Positions 8,478 to 16,520 of a stretch of DNA of 64,000 nt are shown here, in pieces. The stretch lies in the IMG/VR virus record IMGVR_UViG_3300045988_062804, one strand, 5' to 3'. A program made the position numbers and the translations under genes. The notes under the pieces are model-generated. The model did no database searches. It saw nothing but the letters and a program-made list of their open reading frames with translations, and had not been told where the DNA came from. The DNA is from a virus. Each line of letters starts with the position of its first letter. Position 1 is the first letter of the stretch.

Positions 8478-8629
8478 TAGTAAGAGTGTTAGTAGAGTAC
8501 GTAGACCCTATGGATAATTCACTCCCACCTCAAATTTATATTAGGGAATGGAAAAGTGTAGAAGTTATTCCTATGGAATGGTACAAAATACTTTCTAATC
8601 CTCATGGATATAGGTACTATAGAATATGA
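8474..8629 (+). CDS. small hypothetical protein (51 aa, below ORF-track cutoff)
   Basis: Hand translation gives MIVRVLVEYVDPMDNSLPPQIYIREWKSVEVIPMEWYKILSNPHGYRYYRI. ATGA overlaps at both ends (thyX stop and UDG start). Confidence 0.5.
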   Translation: MIVRVLVEYVDPMDNSLPPQIYIREWKSVEVIPMEWYKILSNPHGYRYYRI

Positions 8630-9312
8630 CCGCAAATGAATACTTTGGTGACTGGATTGATGTTATTGACAAAGAGGAACTACGTAAAGTGGTAACTTGG
8701 GTTAATAAGGTCAATTCAGCTGACCTATGTCCTTCTCCTAAGAACATCTTTAGAGCATTTAGGGCTTGCTCATTTAAAGACTGTAAGGTAGTCTTTCTTG
8801 GGCAAGACCCTTACCCTCAAAGAGGAGTAGCTACTGGAATACTGTTTGGTAATTCAGAGGATACTTCTGAGGAGTATCTATCTCCTTCACTTAAAGTAGT
8901 TAAAGAGGCGGCTATTAATTATGAAATTCCCCATAACCTTATAGAGTTTGACAATACGTTAGAGTCTTGGGCTGAGCAGGGAATATTAATGATTAATACA
9001 GCCCTTACTTGTGAAGTAGGTAAAGTTGGAGCACACTTTGACATATGGAAACCCTTTATGTCTAAGTTAATTCACAACATGAGCTATAAAGACGGAGGTA
9101 TGATTTATGTTCTGTTTGGTAGTCAAGCTGAGTTATTCAAGAATGATATAGTAAACAGTCTGAAGACTATTGAGGTGTATCATCCAGCATATTATGCTAG
9201 GACTGGTAAGAAGATGCCTAGTAGTGTATTTACTGATATTAATCAGGCATTGAAGCAGCAATATAACTATCAAATAGAATTTTATAAGGAGACAGAATAT
9301 GGAACATGTTAA
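8626..9312 (+). CDS. ung: uracil-DNA glycosylase superfamily protein
   Basis: VVFLGQDPYP (motif A GQDPY) and VYHPAYY (motif B HPS-like). Confidence 0.85.
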   Translation: MTANEYFGDWIDVIDKEELRKVVTWVNKVNSADLCPSPKNIFRAFRACSFKDCKVVFLGQDPYPQRGVATGILFGNSEDTSEEYLSPSLKVVKEAAINYEIPHNLIEFDNTLESWAEQGILMINTALTCEVGKVGAHFDIWKPFMSKLIHNMSYKDGGMIYVLFGSQAELFKNDIVNSLKTIEVYHPAYYARTGKKMPSSVFTDINQALKQQYNYQIEFYKETEYGTC

Positions 9313-9505
9313 TAGAAAGTCGGTAAATGATAAGCTACGTAAGTATGACCATTTAGCTAAGGAAGATGACTTCATTGAAGTTACAGAATGGGCTAATGGT
9401 GAAGGTTGGGATGTTACTATAAATGATAGGGTAATCCCACTAACTCGTGGTGAATTAGATGCCATTGACTATCTGACTAAAGGTTTAGATTATGATACTA
9501 AATAA
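9299..9505 (+). CDS. hypothetical protein (68 aa)
   Basis: ORF overlapping the UDG gene end by 14 nt. Confidence 0.55.
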   Translation: MEHVNRKSVNDKLRKYDHLAKEDDFIEVTEWANGEGWDVTINDRVIPLTRGELDAIDYLTKGLDYDTK

Positions 9506-9516
9506 TAATTGAAAAG

Positions 9517-10167
9517 ATGAAAGAACAGAAGTTTGAATTTAGTGCTAAGAACACTTTCTTTACCTCTGACTCCCACTTTGGTCATGCTAACATTATAAAG
9601 TTATGCAATAGACCATTTAAGGATGTTGAGGAGATGAATGAAAAGTTGATTGAGAACTGGAATAAAGTAGTCCCAGAGGACGGTACAGTCTTCCACTTGG
9701 GAGATTTTGCCTTCGGTGGTAGTGGACTATGGAACAGTGTTATCCCTCGTCTGAATGGACAAATCTACTTGATTATAGGTAATCATGATAGAAAGAATCT
9801 AAGGCAAGGTTACATGGATAAGTTTGCAGATGTATTACCGCAGATGCAGATTCAAATAGAGAAGAGAAGTATCTACTTGAATCATTATCCATTCCTGTGT
9901 TATGGAGGTTCATATCGTAACGATGCTGATGCTGTATGGCAGTTATTCGGTCACGTTCATTCTGGTCCTATTAGTTCTGGATTGGATTGTGATAGGTTAG
10001 TTCATCTATTCCCATATCAGTATGATGTGGGTGTAGATAACAATAACTATACTCCAATCTCTTGGGAAGAAGTAAAGACAAAGATTCAGCGCCAAATAGA
10101 TGAAGGAGTAGAGAAATCTGTCAAGGAGCACACAATCCCTGACGAAGTGTATAAACTAAATGACTAA
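9517..10167 (+). CDS. calcineurin-like metallophosphoesterase
   Basis: Ordered MPP motifs: TSDSHFGH, LGDFAFGG, IGNHD, NHYP, GHVHSG. Confidence 0.85.
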   Translation: MKEQKFEFSAKNTFFTSDSHFGHANIIKLCNRPFKDVEEMNEKLIENWNKVVPEDGTVFHLGDFAFGGSGLWNSVIPRLNGQIYLIIGNHDRKNLRQGYMDKFADVLPQMQIQIEKRSIYLNHYPFLCYGGSYRNDADAVWQLFGHVHSGPISSGLDCDRLVHLFPYQYDVGVDNNNYTPISWEEVKTKIQRQIDEGVEKSVKEHTIPDEVYKLND

Positions 10168-10378
10168 AATATCTTTAGAAATCGACGGTAGGGTACTATC
10201 TATGGAGTTACCTTATAATGATGCAACAGCGGAAGAACTTATTAAGGGCTTTTGTACACTGATGCATGGTCAGACATTCCTTATCTGTACTATTAAGGAT
10301 TCTCTAAGAGAAGCTGCCCAAGATTATAAGGAGGACATAGAATTAGGTTATGAATCCAAACACTCTGAGGAAGATTAA
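10160..10378 (+). CDS. hypothetical protein (72 aa)
   Basis: ORF in the array, overlapping both neighbours. Confidence 0.55.
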   Translation: MTKISLEIDGRVLSMELPYNDATAEELIKGFCTLMHGQTFLICTIKDSLREAAQDYKEDIELGYESKHSEED

Positions 10379-10673
10379 AAGGCTAGAAGCTGGTGAGTCA
10401 TTTATCACCAGTGAGCCAGGTAACTCAATGCTTCCGTTATATAAAAGTAATGAGAAGCATTTGGTTACTCCTGTTAAGTGGGAAGATTGTAAGGTAGGTG
10501 ATGTAGTGTTCTGTAAGGTTAGAGGTTCATGTGTAACTCATAAGGTTTATGCAGTAGACAATGAGAAGGGTTGCTTAATAGGTAACAACAAAGGACACAT
10601 GAACGGCTGGACTAAGAATGTATACGGACTTGCTCATAAAATTGACCAATCATTAAAGACTAAGAAAGCTTGA
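10350..10673 (+). CDS. stand-alone S24/S26-like serine peptidase domain (LexA/UmuD/signal-peptidase fold)
   Basis: EPGNSMLPLY (GxSMxP nucleophile motif), VGDVVF, and a downstream THKVY lysine. There is no DNA-binding domain. Confidence 0.5.
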   Translation: MNPNTLRKIKRLEAGESFITSEPGNSMLPLYKSNEKHLVTPVKWEDCKVGDVVFCKVRGSCVTHKVYAVDNEKGCLIGNNKGHMNGWTKNVYGLAHKIDQSLKTKKA

Positions 10674-11365
10674 AAATATGTGTAACGTCTGACTTGCATG
10701 GTATTCTTCCTAAAATAGAAGAGCCTTGTGAGGTAGTATTGATATGTGGAGATATTATACCACTGCGTATGCAGAGGAACATCCCTCAGAGTGAAAAGTG
10801 GCTAAAGACCACATTCGCTGATTGGGTTAATAATCTCCCATGTGAATCAGTAATCATGGTGGGAGGTAATCATGACTTTGCCCTAGCTAATATGTATAGG
10901 CAACCTCTAAAGATTAGCTCAATATTGAGTAATCCTACTAATGGTAAACTTGAGTTATTAGATAATGAAGAAACATCCGTCATTAGTAAGGATGGTAAGA
11001 TATATAGTATATGGGGAACTCCATATTGTAAAATCTTTGGTAACTGGGCATATATGTATGAACCAGAGACATTGATTAAAGCATATGAATCTATGCCCCA
11101 GTATTGTGATATTGTTATATCTCACGATGCACCCAAATTGTGTGGGCTTGGTGTTATTCACCAAAGGTTTGACAGGGAGGATGCAGGTAATCCTTGGTTA
11201 GCTGATGAGATGCTTCGTAAACATCCTAGATATACATTCTGTGGACATATTCATAGTGGTGAGCATACACTGCAAACCTTTGATGATATGAAAATGGCTA
11301 ATGTGTCTTTAGTAGATGAAACTTACACTGAAACTTTTAAACCTTTATACCTCGATGTCGAATAA
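10670..11365 (+). CDS. calcineurin-like metallophosphoesterase (TTG start)
   Basis: MPP motifs: VTSDLHG, CGDIIP, GGNHD, SHDAP, GHIHSG. Motif I lies 5 codons after the TTG at 10670 (cTTGA overlap). No in-frame ATG precedes it, so the TTG start is required. Confidence 0.85.
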   Translation: MKICVTSDLHGILPKIEEPCEVVLICGDIIPLRMQRNIPQSEKWLKTTFADWVNNLPCESVIMVGGNHDFALANMYRQPLKISSILSNPTNGKLELLDNEETSVISKDGKIYSIWGTPYCKIFGNWAYMYEPETLIKAYESMPQYCDIVISHDAPKLCGLGVIHQRFDREDAGNPWLADEMLRKHPRYTFCGHIHSGEHTLQTFDDMKMANVSLVDETYTETFKPLYLDVE

Positions 11366-11564
11366 TAAAGTTGTAGTACAAGGAGGAGTTGGATTCCCTG
11401 GATTGTTGTTTATAGTACTGTTAGTTTGTAAACTATTTGGTGCTAACATAACATGGTTCTGGGTATTTGCTCCATTATGGATTCCTCTTGCATTAGTGGC
11501 AGGATTCTTCTTAGTATCAATTCTAATTGCAATATTTGTAGCATGGAAAAGAAAACTACTTTAG
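11355..11564 (+). CDS. small membrane protein (69 aa, two predicted TM helices)
   Basis: MSNNKVVVQGGVGFPGLLFIVLLVCKLF...WVFAPLWIPLALVAGFFLVSILIAIFVAW. I prefer the ATG at 11355 to 11316, which lies inside the upstream gene. Confidence 0.55.
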   Translation: MSNNKVVVQGGVGFPGLLFIVLLVCKLFGANITWFWVFAPLWIPLALVAGFFLVSILIAIFVAWKRKLL

Positions 11565-12124
11565 TAGTTGTGGACTTCCAGTATGACTTCTGTCTACTGG
11601 GAGCACCACTCTACGTTCCTGGGTCTGATAAGGCTCTGTGGAACATTTCTCATTTAATTGAGAATAAGAAAGTTGATAGAGTGATATTCACTGCTGATTG
11701 GCATCCAGCTAATCACTGTTCATTCAAAAGGAATGGTGGTAAATGGAATGACCATTGTATGCAGTTCTCTAAAGGAGCAGCTATACATGATTTGTTATTG
11801 TATGGTTGTATAGGTGCTAGTATACCCTATGAAGTACTCACTAAAGGGGCTTTACCCAGCTCTGAAGAATACGGAGTTAAGGTAGCTCCTGCTACTATAA
11901 AGGTTAACTATCATACTATCTATAGCCATTCTATGGGTATTGATGTTAACCCAGACGAGCAGGTGGTAGTATGTGGATTGGCAGGTGATTATTGTGTTCT
12001 TGAAACCTTAAAGAACCTAGAACCAATTAAGCCTATGTTATACCTGGATGGTGTAGCATCTCTGGATGGCGGTATGAAACTCAATGAGTATATTGAATCT
12101 AATAACATTATAATATGGTCATAG
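11543..12124 (+). CDS. pncA: nicotinamidase (isochorismatase family)
   Basis: VVVDFQYDF (catalytic Asp), ADWHPANHCSF (metal site) and GLAGDYCVLET (catalytic Cys). I chose the ATG at 11543 (MEKKTTLVVVDF). Confidence 0.9.
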   Translation: MEKKTTLVVVDFQYDFCLLGAPLYVPGSDKALWNISHLIENKKVDRVIFTADWHPANHCSFKRNGGKWNDHCMQFSKGAAIHDLLLYGCIGASIPYEVLTKGALPSSEEYGVKVAPATIKVNYHTIYSHSMGIDVNPDEQVVVCGLAGDYCVLETLKNLEPIKPMLYLDGVASLDGGMKLNEYIESNNIIIWS

Positions 12125-12351
12125 GATTACTTACAATATTGTTAGTACATCTAACTCTTACTTTCATAGGTATTCTTATGGGCAAGTACATACCTAATTT
12201 CGTTGACAAGAAAGATGAGAAGGACGTGGTTGCCTTCTTCTATTGGTGTATCTTTCCTCTATCAAATATAATGGTTATTCTGATAGGTATATCTTATCTA
12301 GTGGATAATAAAGTACACAAATTTTCTAAATATTTAATGAGATGGTTATAA
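12115..12351 (+). CDS. small membrane protein (78 aa, two predicted TM helices)
   Basis: Hydrophobic segments IGLLTILLVHLTLTFIGILMG and FFYWCIFPLSNIMVILIGISYLV. Overlaps both neighbours. Confidence 0.55.
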   Translation: MVIGLLTILLVHLTLTFIGILMGKYIPNFVDKKDEKDVVAFFYWCIFPLSNIMVILIGISYLVDNKVHKFSKYLMRWL

Positions 12352-13505
12352 AATCAATCCTTGATACGGACTTGTATAAGTTTACAACTTCGTATGCTTA
12401 CATGAAGCTGTTCCCTCATGCAATAGGGACGTTTGAGTTCTTTGATAGGGACAACACAGAGTACACAGAAGAGTTTGTACAACAACTACAAATGGAAATA
12501 TCCAACTTCTGTTCTCTAAAGTTAACTCACGATGAACAAGACTATATGACGACTCATTGTCGTTTCATTCCTCCAATGTATTGGGAATGGTTGAGTGGAA
12601 TTAGACTCAGTGCTGGTAAAGTACAGATATGGTTAGATGAAGATAAGCATCTCCATATCAAAGCTACTGACTACCTTTACAGAGTAACTCTGTATGAAGT
12701 GCCAATCTTAGCGATAGTATCTGAGCTTCGTAATAGAATGCTCAATCATACTATCAATATGACAGATGTTCTTATTAGACTAGAACCTAAGATAGTTCTT
12801 TCTAATCAGAATCAAATGTTCTTCTCTGAGTTTGGTACTCGTAGACGCTATTCATACAATGTTCAAGAAGCTATAGTAAAGAGTTTGAAAGATAGTGCAG
12901 TATATTGTACTGGTACTTCTAACTGTTACTTGGCAATGAAGTATGATATGTCTATGATTGGAACTCACCCACATGAATGGTTTATGTTCCACGGTGCTAT
13001 GTATGGCTATAAGCAAGCTAATTATATGGCATTGGAAGATTGGGTAAGTGTGTATGATGGTGACTTAGGTATTGCATTGAGTGATACTTATACTTCTGCT
13101 GTATTCTTCAGGAATCTGTCTCGTAAGCAAGCAAAGCTGTTTGATGGTGTGCGTCAGGATAGTGGTGATGAGTTTAAGTTTGTAACAAGTACTATTGCAC
13201 GTTATAAGGAACTTGGAATCGACCCTACTACTAAGACAATTATCTTTAGTAATGCTCTTACATTCGAGAAAGCTCTTGAAATCCGAGAATATTGTAGAGG
13301 ACGTATCCGTTGTGCATTTGGTATTGGAACTAATCTCACTAATGATACTGGACATAGACCTTCCAATATTGTTATGAAATTAACTTCCTGCCAGATGAAT
13401 AAGAATCAACCTGTATTTAACTGTGTTAAACTATCCGATGATTTGGGTAAGCATACTGGTCAGGAACAAGAAGTGGAACACTGTATGAGTGAGCTGGGAT
13501 TATGA
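12342..13505 (+). CDS. pncB: nicotinate phosphoribosyltransferase
   Basis: N-terminal SILDTDLYKFT and FSEFGTRRR, characteristic of NAPRTase. The size (387 aa) fits. Confidence 0.9.
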   Translation: MVIKSILDTDLYKFTTSYAYMKLFPHAIGTFEFFDRDNTEYTEEFVQQLQMEISNFCSLKLTHDEQDYMTTHCRFIPPMYWEWLSGIRLSAGKVQIWLDEDKHLHIKATDYLYRVTLYEVPILAIVSELRNRMLNHTINMTDVLIRLEPKIVLSNQNQMFFSEFGTRRRYSYNVQEAIVKSLKDSAVYCTGTSNCYLAMKYDMSMIGTHPHEWFMFHGAMYGYKQANYMALEDWVSVYDGDLGIALSDTYTSAVFFRNLSRKQAKLFDGVRQDSGDEFKFVTSTIARYKELGIDPTTKTIIFSNALTFEKALEIREYCRGRIRCAFGIGTNLTNDTGHRPSNIVMKLTSCQMNKNQPVFNCVKLSDDLGKHTGQEQEVEHCMSELGL

Positions 13506-13684
13506 AGTGGGAATATAATAAGGTTAGCTCATCATGTGAGCTAACTACTTCTAAGCTAAATGAATTAGGTAAAGAATCGTGGGAACTTGTATCAGTGATG
13601 CAAACCACTTCAGTTAAGTATATTGGCGGGGTTCGTATTGATACTACATCAATGGTTTATTACTTTAAAAGACCAATAGAATGA
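13502..13684 (+). CDS. DUF4177-like small protein
   Basis: MKWEYNKV...LNELGKESWELVSV...YYFKRP pattern. ATGA overlaps on both sides. Confidence 0.5.
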   Translation: MKWEYNKVSSSCELTTSKLNELGKESWELVSVMQTTSVKYIGGVRIDTTSMVYYFKRPIE

Positions 13685-14532
13685 GAGAATTAAATTATGA
13701 AAGGGTATTCAATGTTCTCGTCAAAGAGACATCGAATTATATTACTAGGAATCGTCTTAATGCTATGGTTCTTGGGATTAGTGGTGGTATTGATTCAACT
13801 GTAGTGGCAGCTATCTGCCATGAAGTGAGTAAGCAAACTGGCATTCCTCTAGTAGGAAGAAGTCTTCCCATTAAGAATAAGGAAGATGAGTTTGATGTGT
13901 CTAAGCTAGTTGGAGAGGCTTTCTGCAGTGATTTTAAGATTATAAATTTAAGTTTAATAACTAAGAGTTTAGTTGTGGAGCTTAAGGCAGAAGAATGTGC
14001 AGAATTAACTCCTATTGCAAAAGGTAATATTCAGGCTAGGCTTAGAATGATGTATCTATATAACCTTGCTTCAATCCATAAAGGGCTAGTAATGAGTACA
14101 GATAATCAAACTGAATACCAACTTGGATTCTGGACTATTCATGGTGATGTAGGCGATTTCGACCCAATTCAGGGATTGTGGAAGACTGAGGTCTATGGGT
14201 TAGCTGAATGGCTTAAGGACTTCTATTTTACAGATGGGGACGATGTTCATAAGGCTGTAGCTATTAAAGAGTCTATGTCTCTTACTCCTACTGATGGTCT
14301 GGGTATTAGTAGCAGTGATTTAGAACAGATTGGTGCTAAGAGTTATTATGATGTAGACAGAGTATTACAAACTGTTACTTGTAAGGCTTCTCCTGAGAAT
14401 GACAAATTACAGGACGAACTAACGGCTGAACTTGGTCCAGATGTCGTGGGCAAAATCATGCAACGTCGTTTTAATTCTAGATTCAAGAGGTTACTTAGTC
14501 CTATCATAGTACCTAGAGAACTGTATGATTGA
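13681..14532 (+). CDS. nadE: NH3-dependent NAD+ synthetase
   Basis: PP-loop LGISGGIDSTVVA. At 283 aa it has no glutaminase domain. Confidence 0.9.
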   Translation: MRELNYERVFNVLVKETSNYITRNRLNAMVLGISGGIDSTVVAAICHEVSKQTGIPLVGRSLPIKNKEDEFDVSKLVGEAFCSDFKIINLSLITKSLVVELKAEECAELTPIAKGNIQARLRMMYLYNLASIHKGLVMSTDNQTEYQLGFWTIHGDVGDFDPIQGLWKTEVYGLAEWLKDFYFTDGDDVHKAVAIKESMSLTPTDGLGISSSDLEQIGAKSYYDVDRVLQTVTCKASPENDKLQDELTAELGPDVVGKIMQRRFNSRFKRLLSPIIVPRELYD

Positions 14533-14644
14533 CTTCTTAGAGCTAATCCTAGAATTAGTAAATGTTAAATCGTGTAATGAGCTAGTGGCTCTGCTTGTTA
14601 TGGGCGGAGTACTAGCCATTATCTATTATTTGTTTCTTGTATGA
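14525..14644 (+). CDS. tiny membrane protein (39 aa, below ORF-track cutoff)
   Basis: Hand translation gives MIDFLELILELVNVKSCNELVALLVMGGVLAIIYYLFLV. It overlaps the nadE stop and forms an ATGA junction with the next ORF, filling the apparent gap. Confidence 0.4.
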   Translation: MIDFLELILELVNVKSCNELVALLVMGGVLAIIYYLFLV

Positions 14645-14889
14645 AATTATATTATTTATTCTTATTGGTAATGTTCCTCCTCTTTAATAGTTGTGTGGAA
14701 CAGACTCCGAGAACTAAGTCAACTATCCCTATATCAGTTAGGGATACTACTAAGAGGGCAAGTAGGAACCATTTGTGGAACTCTAATACATCAACCTATA
14801 AGAAGACTAAATCCTCATACACTCCGTCTAAGAAAACGTACAAGAGGAAATCTTCTTACAAATCAAGAAGTAGGAGGCATAGGAGATGA
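14641..14889 (+). CDS. predicted lipoprotein / secreted protein with a very basic S/T/K/R/Y-rich tail
   Basis: MKLYYLFLLVMFLLFNSC has a signal peptide ending in Cys. The tail is KKTKSSYTPSKKTYKRKSSYKSRSRRHRR. Confidence 0.5.
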   Translation: MKLYYLFLLVMFLLFNSCVEQTPRTKSTIPISVRDTTKRASRNHLWNSNTSTYKKTKSSYTPSKKTYKRKSSYKSRSRRHRR

Positions 14890-15446
14890 TAGGAGTATTC
14901 TTTGGGTCTTTTGACCCACCCCATATTGGTCATGTTAATATAGTCACAGCTGCACTTAATTCTGGTATTGTTGACAAGGTTATAGTAGTTCCAGCATATA
15001 AGAGTGTATGGAAGAACACCGAAACTAAGTGGGAGTATAGACTCACTATGGCTAAGGAAACCTTTGATAACATTCCTGGAGTAGTTGTGGATGGTATTGA
15101 GTATCGTATCGCTAATGGAGAACCATTACCCACTTATAAGACTATTGAAGCATTAAAAGAGATTTATGGTGAGTTTACTATCGTAACATCTGCTGAGACT
15201 TATAAGGAGATTCCAAGATGGCAGCATGGTGATGAGATACTAAAGGGCAATAAGTTCTTAGTAGTAGATGTAGCACACTTTAATAGTGAGGATATTCCAC
15301 ATGATAAAGTGAAAGTTATCTATGCTCCCGATATTACAATATGCTCTACCGCTATCAGAAAGTGGGTTGATAATGGCAGAATTATAATACCATTTGTAAC
15401 AGATGAAGTAAATTCAATAATTAGAAAACTTGGGCTATACAAATGA
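14886..15446 (+). CDS. nadD: nicotinate-nucleotide (NaMN/NMN) adenylyltransferase
   Basis: GVFFGSFDPPHIGH (GxFxPxHxGH) and C-terminal ICSTAIRKW (ISSTxIR). Confidence 0.9.
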   Translation: MIGVFFGSFDPPHIGHVNIVTAALNSGIVDKVIVVPAYKSVWKNTETKWEYRLTMAKETFDNIPGVVVDGIEYRIANGEPLPTYKTIEALKEIYGEFTIVTSAETYKEIPRWQHGDEILKGNKFLVVDVAHFNSEDIPHDKVKVIYAPDITICSTAIRKWVDNGRIIIPFVTDEVNSIIRKLGLYK

Positions 15447-15976
15447 GTCAAATCTATGTTTCGGGTCCTTGGTCTTTTGCTTCTGGAGTACTGCAAGTAG
15501 TTAAGAGCATAAAGACCCAATCTAAGGGAGATAAGGTAGTTTATAGTGAGAAAGGAACTGAGTATCAGTTCTCTAAACTAGAACAATCCGATTATGTCGT
15601 ATTCGTGTTAGATGGATTTGCATGGCAGCAGAGATTAGAAAGTATTTCTAAGGGAATGCTCTCAGAACTTATATGGTGTATCAATCATAGAGTTCCAATG
15701 TTCTTAGCTTACAAATCAGCTGATGGATTAGGCATATATGCAACTGAAATAGATGACAATTTAACCTTTAAGGGAATTGCAGGTACTGCCAACACCTTCT
15801 ATCAGATTATAAACAATCAGTTTGGGACTATTGTAGCTCCAAATGATACTTCTGGATTTGTTCTGAGTTATCAAGACGCGGATTTAGGAAGCGATTGTGT
15901 ATATCTGAAGGGAGAGTGGATAGCTGACCCATTAGATTTCCTTAATGTTGAACAACCAAAGAGTTACTTTTATTAA
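15443..15976 (+). CDS. nucleoside 2-deoxyribosyltransferase-like / DUF4406-like Rossmannoid protein
   Basis: N-terminal IYVSGPWS (cf. hYhAGP) and SDYVVFVLDGFAW...SKGMLSELIWCINHRVPMFL (cf. D.G...E.G.A.a.gkPv). Matched by eye only. Confidence 0.45.
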   Translation: MSQIYVSGPWSFASGVLQVVKSIKTQSKGDKVVYSEKGTEYQFSKLEQSDYVVFVLDGFAWQQRLESISKGMLSELIWCINHRVPMFLAYKSADGLGIYATEIDDNLTFKGIAGTANTFYQIINNQFGTIVAPNDTSGFVLSYQDADLGSDCVYLKGEWIADPLDFLNVEQPKSYFY

Positions 15977-15977
15977 T

Positions 15978-16520
15978 ATGAAGAACTTTCCTTTATTAGA
16001 CGAGAATGGTAAGGAATGGTGGATTAGCCGTTCTATTGCTGTAACAGGATGTATATTTACATTCCTAAATGGTAAGTGGTGTGTACTAGCCAATAAGAGA
16101 GGTGAAGGTACTCCCGACTTCCAGGGAATGTGGAATATGCCATGTGGTTACTTAGACTTTGATGAAACTACAGCACAAGCTGTGGTTAGAGAGGTCTACG
16201 AAGAGACTGGTGTTAAGGTAAATCCAGAGTACTTACACTTCTGGAAGTTCAATGACTCTCCAACTCAGAATAGGCAGAATGTATCATTCAGATACTATGC
16301 TCTAGTTGATGCACAGCCAGGTAATATCAGTGTAGGTACTGGTAATGACAGAGGTGGTGAAGAAGACGAGGTAGAAGCTATTGGATGGATTCCAGTAGAC
16401 TCTATTGATAAATATCAGTGGGCATTTGGTCACGATGAAATCATTAAGGAGTTTACTGAGTGGATGCACTTAGAGGATGGAGATTTGGATATGCAAGACA
16501 TAGACTTAGACCCAGTATGA
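15978..16520 (+). CDS. Nudix hydrolase
   Basis: Nudix box GYLDFDETTAQAVVREVYEETGV. I prefer the ATG at 15978, just after the upstream stop; 15945 is an alternative. Confidence 0.9.
   Translation: MKNFPLLDENGKEWWISRSIAVTGCIFTFLNGKWCVLANKRGEGTPDFQGMWNMPCGYLDFDETTAQAVVREVYEETGVKVNPEYLHFWKFNDSPTQNRQNVSFRYYALVDAQPGNISVGTGNDRGGEEDEVEAIGWIPVDSIDKYQWAFGHDEIIKEFTEWMHLEDGDLDMQDIDLDPV

Noticed and set aside
11453-11542. N-terminal extensions given by the ORF track: 11453 for pncA, 16460 for the SLOG protein, 2693, 11316, and the TTGs at 6815 and 7327.
   Set aside because: The extensions run inside the preceding genes and translate to implausible sequence. Internal ATGs sit at or next to the upstream stop codons, and the recognisable domains start right after them.
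14693-14914. 73-aa alternative-frame ORF overlapping the lipoprotein-like ORF and the nadD start.
   Set aside because: The 14641 frame has a signal peptide and ATGA coupling on both sides. The alternative frame has neither.
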